Below the pieces are notes generated by a model. The model was not told the origin of the DNA, ran no database searches, and saw nothing but the letters and a program-made list of their open reading frames with translations. A DNA stretch of 63,653 nt, the filler included, from Rhabdomonas costata (taxonomy: Eukaryota), in assembly GCA_019059605.1 (NCBI GenBank). It is 49 parts of 49 records of this genome, joined end to end, with 100 filler letters (N's around TTAATTAATTAA, not from the genome) between each part and the next. Parts side by side here need not be neighbours in the genome. Positions count along the whole stretch, not along the records: positions 11,716 to 12,917 come from JAHMHO010023814.1; positions 13,018 to 14,218 come from JAHMHO010023815.1; positions 14,319 to 15,520 come from JAHMHO010023816.1; positions 15,621 to 16,822 come from JAHMHO010023817.1; positions 16,923 to 18,124 come from JAHMHO010023818.1; positions 18,225 to 19,425 come from JAHMHO010023819.1; positions 19,526 to 20,727 come from JAHMHO010023820.1; positions 20,828 to 22,029 come from JAHMHO010023821.1; 41 more parts are not named here. One strand, given 5' to 3'. The position numbers were made by a program, and so were the translations under genes. Below are positions 12,239-23,076 of the stretch, piece by piece. Position 1 is the first letter of the stretch. The number at the start of each line of letters is the position of its first letter.

Positions 12239-13297
12239 CTGCAAGGGGTGGGTGCGCGCAACCTGCAGTGGCCCGTTCGTGTAGCCCAAACCATATATGT
12301 GTATATATGTGTGTTAGCCGCCAAAGACAAGGGTCTTGTCAAGTAGTGCATGTGTGTGGGCACCATTGGTACGTTTACGAGAAATAGTGAGTATCCGTGA
12401 AGCTTTTTTTTTGGGGAGGGGGGTGTTAAACGGCCACTACGGCCGCACCTCGGGCTCGCCTGCGCGACGCTGGCATTCGCCACTATAAAAACTCTGTGCC
12501 TTTTCGCCTTTCTTGGGCACTGCTCCCAAAATCGCCCTCTAACACACCTCTAACACACAGGAAAGGCATCTCGATAAAAAACTTCCGGTATCGTGACACA
12601 CCGTTTAACACCCTCCCACCCCCACCAAAAAAGAATGCACCGGACCGTTCTCGTGTTCCTTCTGGTGAATTGTCTGTGTGGTGCTGCACCGCAACCCCTC
12701 AACTGCTCATGTGCCTGAGTCATGACCTTAAGTATCCTCAGATTAAATACCAAGGGCCAAAACAATACAGGATAAGTACTGTACAGCCCCCCACCCCCTC
12801 CACTTTAGTGTTTTGTAATTCAACGTGATGGCAAGCAAAATCAAAGGGGGGCAAAGAAAGGAACAGGAGATGAACCAACATTGCAAGACTGCGTTCCGCG
12901 TTCACTTACCACCAAAANNNNNNNNNNNNNNNNNNNNNNNNNNNNNNNNNNNNNNNNNNNNTTAATTAATTAANNNNNNNNNNNNNNNNNNNNNNNNNNN
13001 NNNNNNNNNNNNNNNNNTGTGTGGTGTAGAGAGAGACATCCCCAGCTTTCCCGCGGGGAGTCCTGTGCCTGGCGTGGGTGGGCTCATTCGCCTCTCCTGG
13101 CGTGAACGCATAGAGAACCAATGTCGGGAGTTGGCTTTCTCTTCACCTGGACTACGGTTGCAGCTGATTTATGACTTCGTCATGCTCGTGACGTCTTTGG
13201 GATTTTGTGCATCTGTGCTGAACGACCACCTCTCGGAGACTATGCCTTGGCTTTTGCATGGTAACAGGAAGGATTTGTGTGCTTGTGCGTAGAACAG

Positions 13298-14104
13298 CGG
13301 TACTAAAGGTTCTATTGGTTGGATGGTGTTATTATTATCATTAAATGTGGCGCTGTGCCATCCCTTGAACTGGGCACACCTGTATCTTCAGTTTGCTCGC
13401 ATACTTTTGGGGACCTCGCGTGATTTTGACGACCACGCCAAGCTCGGTAAAAAAAATCACGAAGCCTCTTTTGTGGTTGGGGAACTTTGGCATTTGGCAT
13501 TTTGTAGAATTTAAATTATTAAAAATCCTTCTCACCCGAAACCGGATTGTTGCCAAGAAACGTTTGCTATAACACACGCTTTCGCTGACCCCCTCCTGTC
13601 TCGTTTCCATTGCACACAGGTCTCGCCTTCCTTGTCGTCAGCCTCTCCCTGGTTGAGGTGTTTATTTGGGCTGGCTCTTATGGTTTTCGGATATCAGAGT
13701 TTCTGGCACTTACTTCCACCAGATTCATTGTTCTCATCACGATTCTAAATGTACTGTGCTGCTTGGCATACGAGGTAGGTTTATTGGATGCCATTCTACC
13801 GTCACCGTGGGTGCAGTATTCCTTTCTTGCAGTCTTTGGCCTTCGTATACTTCACGAAATAGCTGCTCTGTACCGTGGTTGCACTCACTCTCCTTTGGAA
13901 GCTCCCCTCAGGGTACTTCAGAGCTCGGAAGGTACATCCTCTTGTTTTGTTATGGCCGACTCCCCAGGCCAGTCAAACTTTTCGGAGGAAACCCCGCTAC
14001 TGCACCAGGAATCTGTTGCACTTCCTTCCTTCCGGAAGACTTTGTGGAAAGGACCGCTGCAAGCTCTAATGTTTCGGGATGCCCTCAAGAACGGCACACA
14101 GTGA
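13298..14104 (+). CDS. Hypothetical multi-pass membrane protein, two exons
   Basis: Exons 13298-13446 and 13620-~14100 are phase-compatible (GT-AG). Several hydrophobic segments are followed by an EETPLL dileucine-type motif. Confidence 0.55.
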
Positions 14105-15747
14105 GGCGAAGGGAACTGAGGACGCTGCCAATCACGTGCTGGCCCGTTTGTGAATTTGTTGTTTGTCTCGAACATTTTCTTGTGCGGTAGCGATTTTGTT
14201 CGAGACAAACCACAAACCNNNNNNNNNNNNNNNNNNNNNNNNNNNNNNNNNNNNNNNNNNNNTTAATTAATTAANNNNNNNNNNNNNNNNNNNNNNNNNN
14301 NNNNNNNNNNNNNNNNNNGTGTGTGGTGCACCCTGTCACATGGATCCATCCGGCGGTTGTGAACCATATCCTCAACTCCCGTAGGCATGCAAGAGCGGTG
14401 GGTGTCGAAGTGTGAGGCATTTGGGTTGCACGAGGATGGGGAGGGGCAGCCATTCGACTTTAGATTGCATTGGGCGTATGCTGCACGAGCAATCAACTGC
14501 ACCGGTGCAAAAAAGCCCCCAATGCCAAAACCTCAGGGCAAACCCCGAGTAAACCCCTATTTGAAGCAATCTTTCAAGGAGGGACGCAGGGAACACACCA
14601 CGTTGTCCTGAGTGAGCCACTTCGCGCCCGTCTTCGAAACCGCGGTGGGCTCGGTGGGGTACGACCACATCACCTCGGCCTCCTTGGGGACGACCACGTC
14701 GGGCTTGAACCACAGCATCATCTTGCCTGGAAGAGCACCCCACAGACTAACAAAAACCTTCCTTGTAGAACAACTCAGGCCGGTGGAAAAACAAAACGCA
14801 CACGCCGACAGAAAAAAATCAGCCTCCTTCGGAATTCTTTCGTTTTCCCGAGGAAAGCCAAAAGACTCTATTGCATTTGGTTTGCCAGTGTTAGCTTTCT
14901 TCGAGAAGGCTTTTGTGCATTTGTAAGCTTCCCTTGCTTTCACCACTGCAAAACCCGGGGGGAAAATTGACTTGAACAAAATGCTGACCACACAAAAAAA
15001 GTCCAGTCCTTCACAACCAAAGAAATAAAACATGATAGAAAACATGCGCAAGCGCCAAGCCTTGAGAGACGGGCAACGTAAAAGTCGAGTGCGGTTATGT
15101 GTAACTTATAACTGCTGTTTCCAGGGCTGGTAATAGAAAAATGCAAATTTGCGACACAATTAGCGAAAATTCGTGTCAAAAAGTGCAAAATAAAGTTCAA
15201 ATATGCAAAAGAAAAGTTGCACTGCAGCCAAATTTTCGCCCTGCGTCCATTTCGTCCACATTTACAAAACCGTATTACAGGCAAGCGTCGTGAATTTCCG
15301 TCTGCTTCAGCAGCGGGCACTGGCGGTGCCAATGTGGGGACCGGAAATCAGCGACACTTGAGATCAAAAAAAGGGTCAATAATGCGATGCGAAAAAGCAA
15401 AAAAAAAAAAGGTGCATTGCAGGCCAAATCTCTTGGGATGGTTGAGCACAAAAATAGTTGCGAATTTTGCAGTTTGCACTTTTCCAGCCCTAACCTGATT
15501 CCTTCCCTTCTCACCAAATCNNNNNNNNNNNNNNNNNNNNNNNNNNNNNNNNNNNNNNNNNNNNTTAATTAATTAANNNNNNNNNNNNNNNNNNNNNNNN
15601 NNNNNNNNNNNNNNNNNNNNGGTTGCAGCGTTCAGGGAAGAAACTCTCGTAAGCACGTCCTGCCGCGCCCAGACTGAAAAACGGTGGTGAACTGCAGTGC
15701 AGAAGTGAGAGAGAAATCGACAACGGGGGAGATGACCAAAACATAAA

Positions 15748-16810
15748 TTAGGGGCCGTGACGGGCGAGACGATGACCTTCACGGAAGAACGGGTGCTGCA
15801 ACAGGTCTGCACACGACGGCCGCGCCCATGGATCCTTGCTCAGGCACAGCCTCAGCATCTCTCTCAGAGCCCCAGAGGGGCACGCCTCGGGGCTTGGCAG
15901 CAGCGCCTCCGGACTGCGGTTCCCCGAAGCGATGTCGTGGATGCACGCGAACAGCATCATCGCATTCTGTATGCTCTGGTAGGGCACGGGAACTTTTCCC
16001 GTGAGCAGAACGATGGCAGTGATTCCCAGGCTCCAGACATCCCACGTCGGTGTGCGCCGGGAGTGGGACGCGGCCTCGGGGGGAAGGTAGAGCAGGGTAC
16101 CCAGCTTGATTTCGGCTGAGCTGGATGAGCCAGTCGACTCGAAAGGAAGGGCCAGGCCAAAGTCAGCGATCCGCACGACCCTCTCCGCAGTGAGGAGCAC
16201 GTTGGCCGGTTTGAGGTTGCCGTGCACCAAGTGCACTGCGCGGTACACAGGGTGCACCAGGTCCCCTTTCGGGCCAAAAACCGCAGCTCGGGTTAGGGCG
16301 GCGCAATGCTTCTTACACCTCAAGGCCAGTTTCTTCCGCTCCTATGCCGGCATCCGGTCCGGTTGTGCTGCCACAACGCAAGGTTCAATGCGCGCGACAG
16401 GAAAAGAGGTGGGCGCGCACCTTCGTCATGGAGGAACTGCAGCCCCTCGACGACTTGCCGGAGGTAAAATTGGCACATTCCTGTCTTGATACTTCCTCCA
16501 CTTTCCAGGACGTCCTCCAGGGAGCCGCTCAGCCACTCCATTACAATAAGCTGCCGCGACTGGAGGTCAATCACATCATAGAGGTGCACAACGTGACAGT
16601 GCTCGATTCGCTGCAGAATCTTTGCCTTTTCGTTTTTTTTTTTCAAAAAGCTAATAGCAGCAAGGAAAAATTGCGACTGGCAGAGCTACAATCACAAGGG
16701 GGACGCACAGCACCTCTCGAAGATGAATGGTTCTGTACTTCCCCCCGGTGACCTCCTTGATGGCCACGCGAATCCCACGGGTCTTTTCGATTGCCGGGTA
16801 AACGAACCCG
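15748..16810 (-). CDS. Ser/Thr protein kinase-fold protein (STE/MAP3K-like), probable pseudokinase (HGN instead of HRD)
   Basis: Exons ~16714-16810, 16421-16625 and 15748-16235 with GT-AG introns 16626-16713 and 16236-16420. Motifs: VAIKEV, LIVMEW, HGNLKPANVLL, IADFG, GTLLYLPPE, DVWSLG, RPSCADLLQHPF. Confidence 0.88.
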
Positions 16811-16971
16811 CTCCCAAACACCNNNNNNNNNNNNNNNNNNNNNNNNNNNNNNNNNNNNNNNNNNNNTTAATTAATTAANNNNNNNNNNNNNNNNNNNNNN
16901 NNNNNNNNNNNNNNNNNNNNNNTGTGTTGGGTGTGCTTGATTTTTTACTGAAAGGCTAGGGTTTTTATCAT

Positions 16972-17034
16972 CGCACCTCTAAGAGCCAGATGTTCGCACG
17001 ACTCGACATTTGGTGTCATAGGGTGCGCAGATAC
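16972..17034 (+). ncRNA. Single-hairpin AGA-box (H/ACA-like) pseudouridylation guide snoRNA, copy A; predicted target LSU rRNA helix-69 3' region (yeast 25S Psi2264 equivalent)
   Basis: Basal stem CGCACC/GGUGCG; upper stem GCCAGAUGU/ACAUUUGGU. Pocket strands UAAGA and GUCAUAG are complementary to conserved LSU CUAUGAC-UC-UCUUA. AGA box at 17029-17031, 14 nt below the upper stem. Confidence 0.85.
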
Positions 17035-17131
17035 GCACGGTTTTGCTCTTTGGGTGTTTTCGTTCTGCCCCCCTTTTTGCCATTGTCGTAGTTTATCTTT
17101 TCTTTCCTCAGCAAACCGACTTCTCTTCCGT

Positions 17132-17192
17132 CGCCTCCCTGAGACGAATGTCCTTCTCCGTGGACATTTGGGAACTCTGAGTGCGCAGATCG
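17132..17192 (+). ncRNA. Single-hairpin AGA-box guide snoRNA, copy B (different pocket; tentative target LSU GAAGUUUCCCUCAGG region)
   Basis: Basal stem CGC-CUC/GAG-UGCG; upper stem CGAAUGUCC/GGACAUUUG. Pocket CCUGAGA / GGAACUCU; ends GUGCGC-AGA (17187-17189) like its neighbours. Confidence 0.7.
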
Positions 17193-17393
17193 CTTCTCTT
17201 TTTGGAGTACTCTGAATTTACAGTGGCCTTAGACTTTTTCTTATGGATGTTTTCATGGACTTCTAAATGGCGTTAGCTCCAGGCGTGGAAGGGCACCTGG
17301 ACCTGTCTCATGAAGGTTGCCAACGTGTTGGCTCTTCGTCAATAGGCTACATCGTCTGGCTTTCCTGAGTTATTCTTTCGCGATTCGAGTGCC

Positions 17394-17456
17394 CGCACCG
17401 GTGAGAGCCAGATGATTGCATTTTTCGGCATCTGGAGTCAAAGGGTGCGCAGACTA
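17394..17456 (+). ncRNA. Single-hairpin AGA-box guide snoRNA, copy C (diverged paralogue of A/D)
   Basis: Basal stem CGCACC/GGUGCG; upper stem CCAGAUG/CAUCUGG (a G-U pair of A is G-C here). Pocket GGUGAGAG / AGUCAAAG; AGA at 17451-17453. Confidence 0.75.
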
Positions 17457-17778
17457 CTTTGTGAATTTCATCTGAAGCGAAACGTTCGATTGAGGAGCAT
17501 CGTTGCACGTTTTGCGGGAGCGTGTCCGAGGGCACCGCGACGCTGATGAAGTGCTGTTTTTCGCTGTTGAGGCCTGTTAGGTAGGTGCCCTTGAGTGAGG
17601 CTTAAGGGCAATCCCCAGAGAAAGATAGGAAGAGGCCGGCCCGAGACCTACCTCTCCCCCGCATGTGTCGGGTATCTCCCGTTTCTCCCCTGTTCACTTG
17701 CTCCTTTGCCAATTGACCATTTCGCTTTCTTTTTCTTTTTTTCTTCGGTACTGAAGTGGAAGGGGGATCTTCTAGCGC

Positions 17779-17841
17779 CGCACCTCTAAGAGCCAGATGT
17801 TCGCATGAATCGACATTTGGTGTCATAGGGTGCGCAGAACT
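17779..17841 (+). ncRNA. Single-hairpin AGA-box guide snoRNA, copy D (near-identical to copy A)
   Basis: Identical to 16972-17031 except for 2 substitutions, both in the apical region above the upper stem; AGA at 17836-17838. Confidence 0.85.
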
Positions 17842-18475
17842 CTTCTGGTAGGATGCAATATCCCCCTTTTGCCCTTTGTTTATGCAGTTTTTCACCGCAG
17901 CCATGGGCAAGTTTTGTTTTCTTTTGGCCTTGGGCGACTGCAGCGGCACACTGGGATCAACCCTGAAAGGTTTTCCAGTGAGATTTGTATCGCGAATCTT
18001 GCCGATGTTGTGGCAAGGTGAGCGAAGATCAGGAAAGACTGGTTTCAATTCCTTCGCCTGGTCATCGATTTCGTTTTTTCTTCAGCTTTCATTAGCGGTT
18101 GCAGCGGTTTCTTTCTTCGAAAACNNNNNNNNNNNNNNNNNNNNNNNNNNNNNNNNNNNNNNNNNNNNTTAATTAATTAANNNNNNNNNNNNNNNNNNNN
18201 NNNNNNNNNNNNNNNNNNNNNNNNTGTGTGTGGTGGTGATCACGCCCCTGCCTGCCTGGCATTGCGTTCGATTTTCATGGGTAACCGTGCCAAGCAAAGA
18301 TCCACGGTGAGAAGGGAAAAAAATGCCAACATTTTTTTTGTCAAGAACAACGGAAGAGGGGCGATGGGAGGAGTAAAGTTGGAGGACAACAATGAATTCT
18401 GACCATCGCCACTTAGTAGTGTGGCACGTGTGGCTTCCCCTGCGACGCAACAAAAAGGAAGGCAAAACTGTATAC

Positions 18476-19231
18476 CTCCGTGCTCCTCCTCTAAGTTCTT
18501 GAGAACCTAAAAGCAAGTGTGCGGCGGGAAAGCGGGTAAAACGTTAACTCAACGCAAACAAACAAACGGAAGGCTGCCCTTTCTCTGCGCAGTGGAATAA
18601 CGTCACAGTGGCCAACCCAGAAAAAAAAAACACTCGAAAGATACAGCAGAGAAAGCAAAGCGCAAAAAAGCAGCTGGCCAGTGGACCCGTCAACTTTACA
18701 CGAATTTTTTTGGGTACACATTTTATTTTGCTCCTTGGGTTTTGGATTACATCACCAATCCGCTAATTCCGTTGACGGACGTTGAATCGTGCAACCTGGG
18801 CAGAAGAGCGGTCCTTCTCGGCCAGTGCGGCGGAAAGCTCAGCGACCGTGTCCGCGTGACGGTTGGCTTCTGCCTTGAAGGCAGCAAGCTGCGCCAGGAG
18901 TTCCTCGGTCTGCATTCAAACCCAGTGCATGTGTTGAAAACCTTTTCTTGGTTTCTGAGAGTCACGTCTGGGACCCAAGGTTGTGAAATTCGTTTTAAAT
19001 CAGATATTTCGCAAATACACCAAATTCACGTGATGCCTGCCCTGTGAACTGTAGGGCAAAAGAGACTTGTGGGACGGGATGGCTCGGATTGGCTCTCAAA
19101 AGCCTCTACCCTATTCCTCTGGTCACCGATCTGAACTGCCCAAGGCTCTTCTCCACCACAAGCAAACCTTACTCTTCAGTTCTGCCTCGGCATTCCACTC
19201 TTGCCTCTGCAGAGTCTCAAGCTCTTCAATC
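18476..19231 (-). CDS. Hypothetical coiled-coil protein, three exons
   Basis: Exons 19168-19231, 18796-18909 and 18476-18506 splice in frame: IEELETLQRQEWNAEAELKSK|TEELLAQLAAFKAEANRHADTVAELSAALAEKDRSSAQ|VLKNLEEEHG. Confidence 0.7.
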
Positions 19232-20915
19232 CTGAGGGCAAAAACCCGTTCAGTGGAGGGAGCAGGGTCTGTACTAATCGAGCGGTCTTCTGACAAAACG
19301 CACCGACAAATTCACCACGAATGAATCGTGGCAAATACAATGAGTGGGATAAGTAAAATGGGATGAGCGCAAAGAGCTGGAATAAGCAGAGCAAACGGTC
19401 CAGCTGGGCAACGATACAACCAAAANNNNNNNNNNNNNNNNNNNNNNNNNNNNNNNNNNNNNNNNNNNNTTAATTAATTAANNNNNNNNNNNNNNNNNNN
19501 NNNNNNNNNNNNNNNNNNNNNNNNNTTTTGGTGTGGCCGAACTAGTGAATAACCTGACTTCTGTAACTCCTCAAAAACAGGCAGACTACTGACGGGACCG
19601 AATAAGATTAAACATGAGCATTGTCAACATTGTAAACCACTTGACGTCTTCGCACCCATCCCCATGGGTCGCTCTCCCAACCCGAGTTAACCACGCAAGG
19701 GATGCATCAGGGAGAAAAGCGATACCTAATGCAGTGCGGCGAGTGTCGTACATGTCAAACCATTGCTTGTCCTGCGCCAGAAGTTGGTCTGCCAAGAGCA
19801 TTTGCGCAAGAGCAACACAGACACGGTAGAAGATTGCCTCCGCACTTGTGCATCTAGGAGCAGGCATGGTTTGAAGACGACTACTGGTGCATGTTCGGCT
19901 CTGAAAAGGAAATCAGCTTCAACAGAATGAACATAAAGAACCTCAGCACACTACACGTTTCATATGAAAAACAGGCAACGGTGTCGCCGGAAGCAGGCAA
20001 AGAAGTGGCACGCAATCCTCATACCCATGGCAGATCCTGATGCATCGGGCACGGCACTCCCAGGACTATCATCATGACTGGTCGAAGGCTTCGGCTGTGG
20101 TGCACATCACATCACAAACGGTGTGAGCGTGGTGGAAGTGGGTTAACAGCATTTCTTCATTCACATAATGGCGGGAGTTTTTTTTTAATATTTTGGTGTC
20201 TAGTGCAGTTTAGTTCGGTTACTTGTTCGTGTTCCTTCGCTTTCCCAATTGGTCTTAGATTCAAGTCTCCCTCAACCTACACTCCCGTTAGATTCTCCCC
20301 TTTGACCCCTTGGCCCGACCCACCTTTGCCGAGTTTCAACCGTTGTATGGCTCACTGTATTTCGTGTTTGTTTCAAAAAGCAGAGACAAAAAACACAACG
20401 ACATCCCCCTTCCTGCTCTTTTCCCAGCTGCTTCTGCCTCACGGGTTTTTTTTCTGCCGCATGGTGACCACTGCAAGGAACAAGTTGTTTACATACTTTT
20501 GTTGGCGACAAAGTTTCCGATTTATCTGTAAATTATTGCCTTTTCCTTTCCTACAAAATGTGAACAATGCTGTCATGATGGGCCTTGCAGTGAAGTTTTT
20601 CTTGGTGATATTTTGTCGGGTTTTCCTTCGAAATGGTAGAAAACCTTCGGCTTCGTCCTGTAATCATCGGTACTTGAATTCCAGAAGAAACAGTTTTGCT
20701 TCTTCCCGTCCTTTTTTCAAAACAACCNNNNNNNNNNNNNNNNNNNNNNNNNNNNNNNNNNNNNNNNNNNNTTAATTAATTAANNNNNNNNNNNNNNNNN
20801 NNNNNNNNNNNNNNNNNNNNNNNNNNNGGTGGGGTGGGGGGCTCAAAAACACCCAACAGTGCCAGCAAAACGTTCGATTATGGCTGATCACAGGATGCGG
20901 AATAGGGCGACATAC

Positions 20916-21840
20916 TTGTTGAACTTCAGATCCAAGCAGTGCTGAACCAGAGACTTCAGCTTGGGGTGGTACCTGCCAGAGAGTTCACAATGGCACGAAA
21001 ATCGAGAGAGAGCGAGAGAGCGATAGAGAGAGAGAACAACACGTTTTTAGCTGCTCGATATCACCCTAACAAACGGATTAGGTCAAGGTTTCGTGGTGGC
21101 TTGTGGCTCGTGGCGTGGAGCGGTATGAAAAGTTGCACATTTGCAAATCCGACTTGTGACTGGGTGGGCACGTACTGCGCACCGAATTGCTTCCCCATTT
21201 CCCGCTCCGTCTCCTGCTCACCTGTCATTGCAGATGCATATTATCGGGACCTTGGTGCGCCGTATCATCGCGATGATTTCCCCAACTCCACCCCTGAAAT
21301 GAGCCGCAAAAACAAAAATGCCGCCGGAAGGCAAAACCAACGAGTTTGCCAACAGCTATGGCAGTATGCTGTGTCAAGTCACAGCAATGTGGTCCCCCAC
21401 CAAGTTCGCAGCGGCAACAAAAAAAGCCTGTGCGGCAACCCAATCGTTTGCTTCAAAAAAAAGATGAAGGCCCCCCAAAATACAAAACAGTGACACTGAA
21501 TAATTTCCTAACAAGACCATCAGCCTTTTCGCGGGGGTAGCAGCGGCTAATCTTGATGGGAGTCAAAGTGGGCTCAGTAGCACTGAGCAAACACCACAGC
21601 AAAAGCTGTCCACCAAATGCACGGCTGACTGCAGATTCCCCAACATTGCCCACCTTCACCTCGCACTTGCACACTTCAAAGAGCGGCAGGGAAAGAGAAC
21701 TGAACCGATGGTGCACTTCACCTGTCGCAGCCGTCGACCTCGTCCATGACAATGCAAAACCTTTTCCTGCTGAGCTGCTGTGAAAGCTGCGGAAGCAAAC
21801 TCCTCACGGACGTGTTACCGACCATGTCTGCCACTAAGGC
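20916..21840 (-). CDS. RFC1: Replication factor C subunit 1, three internal exons
   Basis: Exons 21722-21840, 21222-21293 and 20916-20972 with GT-AG introns splice in frame to ALVADMVGNTSVRSLLPQLSQQLSRKRFCIVMDEVDGCDRGGVGEIIAMIRRTKVPIICICNDRYHPKLKSLVQHCLDLKFN. Contains Walker B MDEVDG, DRGG and PIICICND motifs of RFC1. Not called in the ORF track. Confidence 0.92.
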
Positions 21841-22221
21841 CTGTGACAAACGTGATCACGGGAACCAACGGGAACGCGTTGGAAGTTTTAAAGGTTTTGC
21901 GCGTCTGTCATACATCACGACGTGCATGGAAACATGGACTTTCAGACAACGAGTAGTAACCTCTTTGGTCAATGAGTATGGGAGGGTCCAGAATCGGACG
22001 TATGAAGAAATTCACAAACCCTCCGCAGCNNNNNNNNNNNNNNNNNNNNNNNNNNNNNNNNNNNNNNNNNNNNTTAATTAATTAANNNNNNNNNNNNNNN
22101 NNNNNNNNNNNNNNNNNNNNNNNNNNNNNGGTGGTTTGTGCTGCTGACCGCTGTACTGAATCATTTATTGACAGAACCGTCGCGCCGTGCGCTGTTTTAC
22201 CATTGGTGGGCTTCTCCTCAG

Positions 22222-23076
22222 GAGTGTTGGACTGTGGCCAGAAGCTCTACTCTGAGTTCGGTGTGCGAGGGTTCTGGCGCGGGGTTTGGCCCAACGTCAA
22301 CCGTGCCGCGGCAGTAAACCTTGGCGAGCTCGCCACCTACGACCAGGCCAAGGTTATCCCTCAATTAGAGCTCGCGATTTCCCACCTGTTTTTTCCACGA
22401 ACCGTGTGTTCACCTCCGGGTTCGTTTCCATATTTCTCAGTAATCCCGTATAAGACATTCCTGGGAGACTGGGGGTAATGGAAAAAGAAAAGAACACCCT
22501 GTAACCAAAACAATGAATACACGTTACTACAAATCTCTGCCCCCATTGCCCCATCCCAGTTCCATGCAGATGGGCTCCCGCACGCTGCATGCCTGTATGC
22601 CACTAACGAGCAATAAAGCCCCAGTACTGGCCGCACGTCATCATTTCCGCTAAGTCTTCGCGAGGGTGAGGAAGGTGCTCACGGTCTTCTTTGAGAATGC
22701 ACTGTGTGCATAAGCGCTTTGGCAAGGATTTTGAATGAAAAAAAAATCAAAAAACATGTGAAGACAAACCACCAGGACATGACATTGGTGATTGCCAGTT
22801 CTCAGCATTTTCCCCCTCCCCTTCCCAATCGGCATGAATTCCCGGCGGACTTTTGCCTACCATTGCGGTCTTGTCGGCATTCTTTGCGAAGAATTCCGGA
22901 AATATAATTGCGACGGTGGTCTGCACACCTGTTGCTTCTCCCTCTCTCTCCCTCTCTTCTAGCGAATGGTGATCCAGACTACGCAGTGGCCGGACGGCCC
23001 GGCGGTGCACTCCTGCTCTGCCGTGCTCTCTGGGTTTGTCAGCTCCCTGGTCAGCACCCCCTTTGACGTCCTAAAG
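22222..23076 (+). CDS. Mitochondrial carrier family (SLC25) protein, UCP4/plant-UCP3-like; two internal exons
   Basis: Exons 22222-22352 and 22963-23076: VLDCGQKLYSEFGVRGFWRGVWPNVNRAAAVNLGELATYDQAK|RMVIQTTQWPDGPAVHSCSAVLSGFVSSLVSTPFDVLK, including the carrier PxDxxK signature. Confidence 0.88.

Noticed and set aside
14385-14727. Exon-like GC-rich frames on both strands
   Set aside because: Plausible splice sites on either strand but no recognisable product, so the strand could not be resolved.
17529-17592. Hairpin GAGGGCACC...GGTGCCCTT containing CTGATGA inside the snoRNA cluster (box C/D RNA, fifth AGA RNA or hammerhead)
   Set aside because: No CTGA D box at a suitable distance, no terminal AGA, and no stem II-GAAA hammerhead core.
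17949-18030. Two short hairpins each followed by AGA downstream of copy D
   Set aside because: Only ~35 nt each, with no adequate pseudouridylation pocket.
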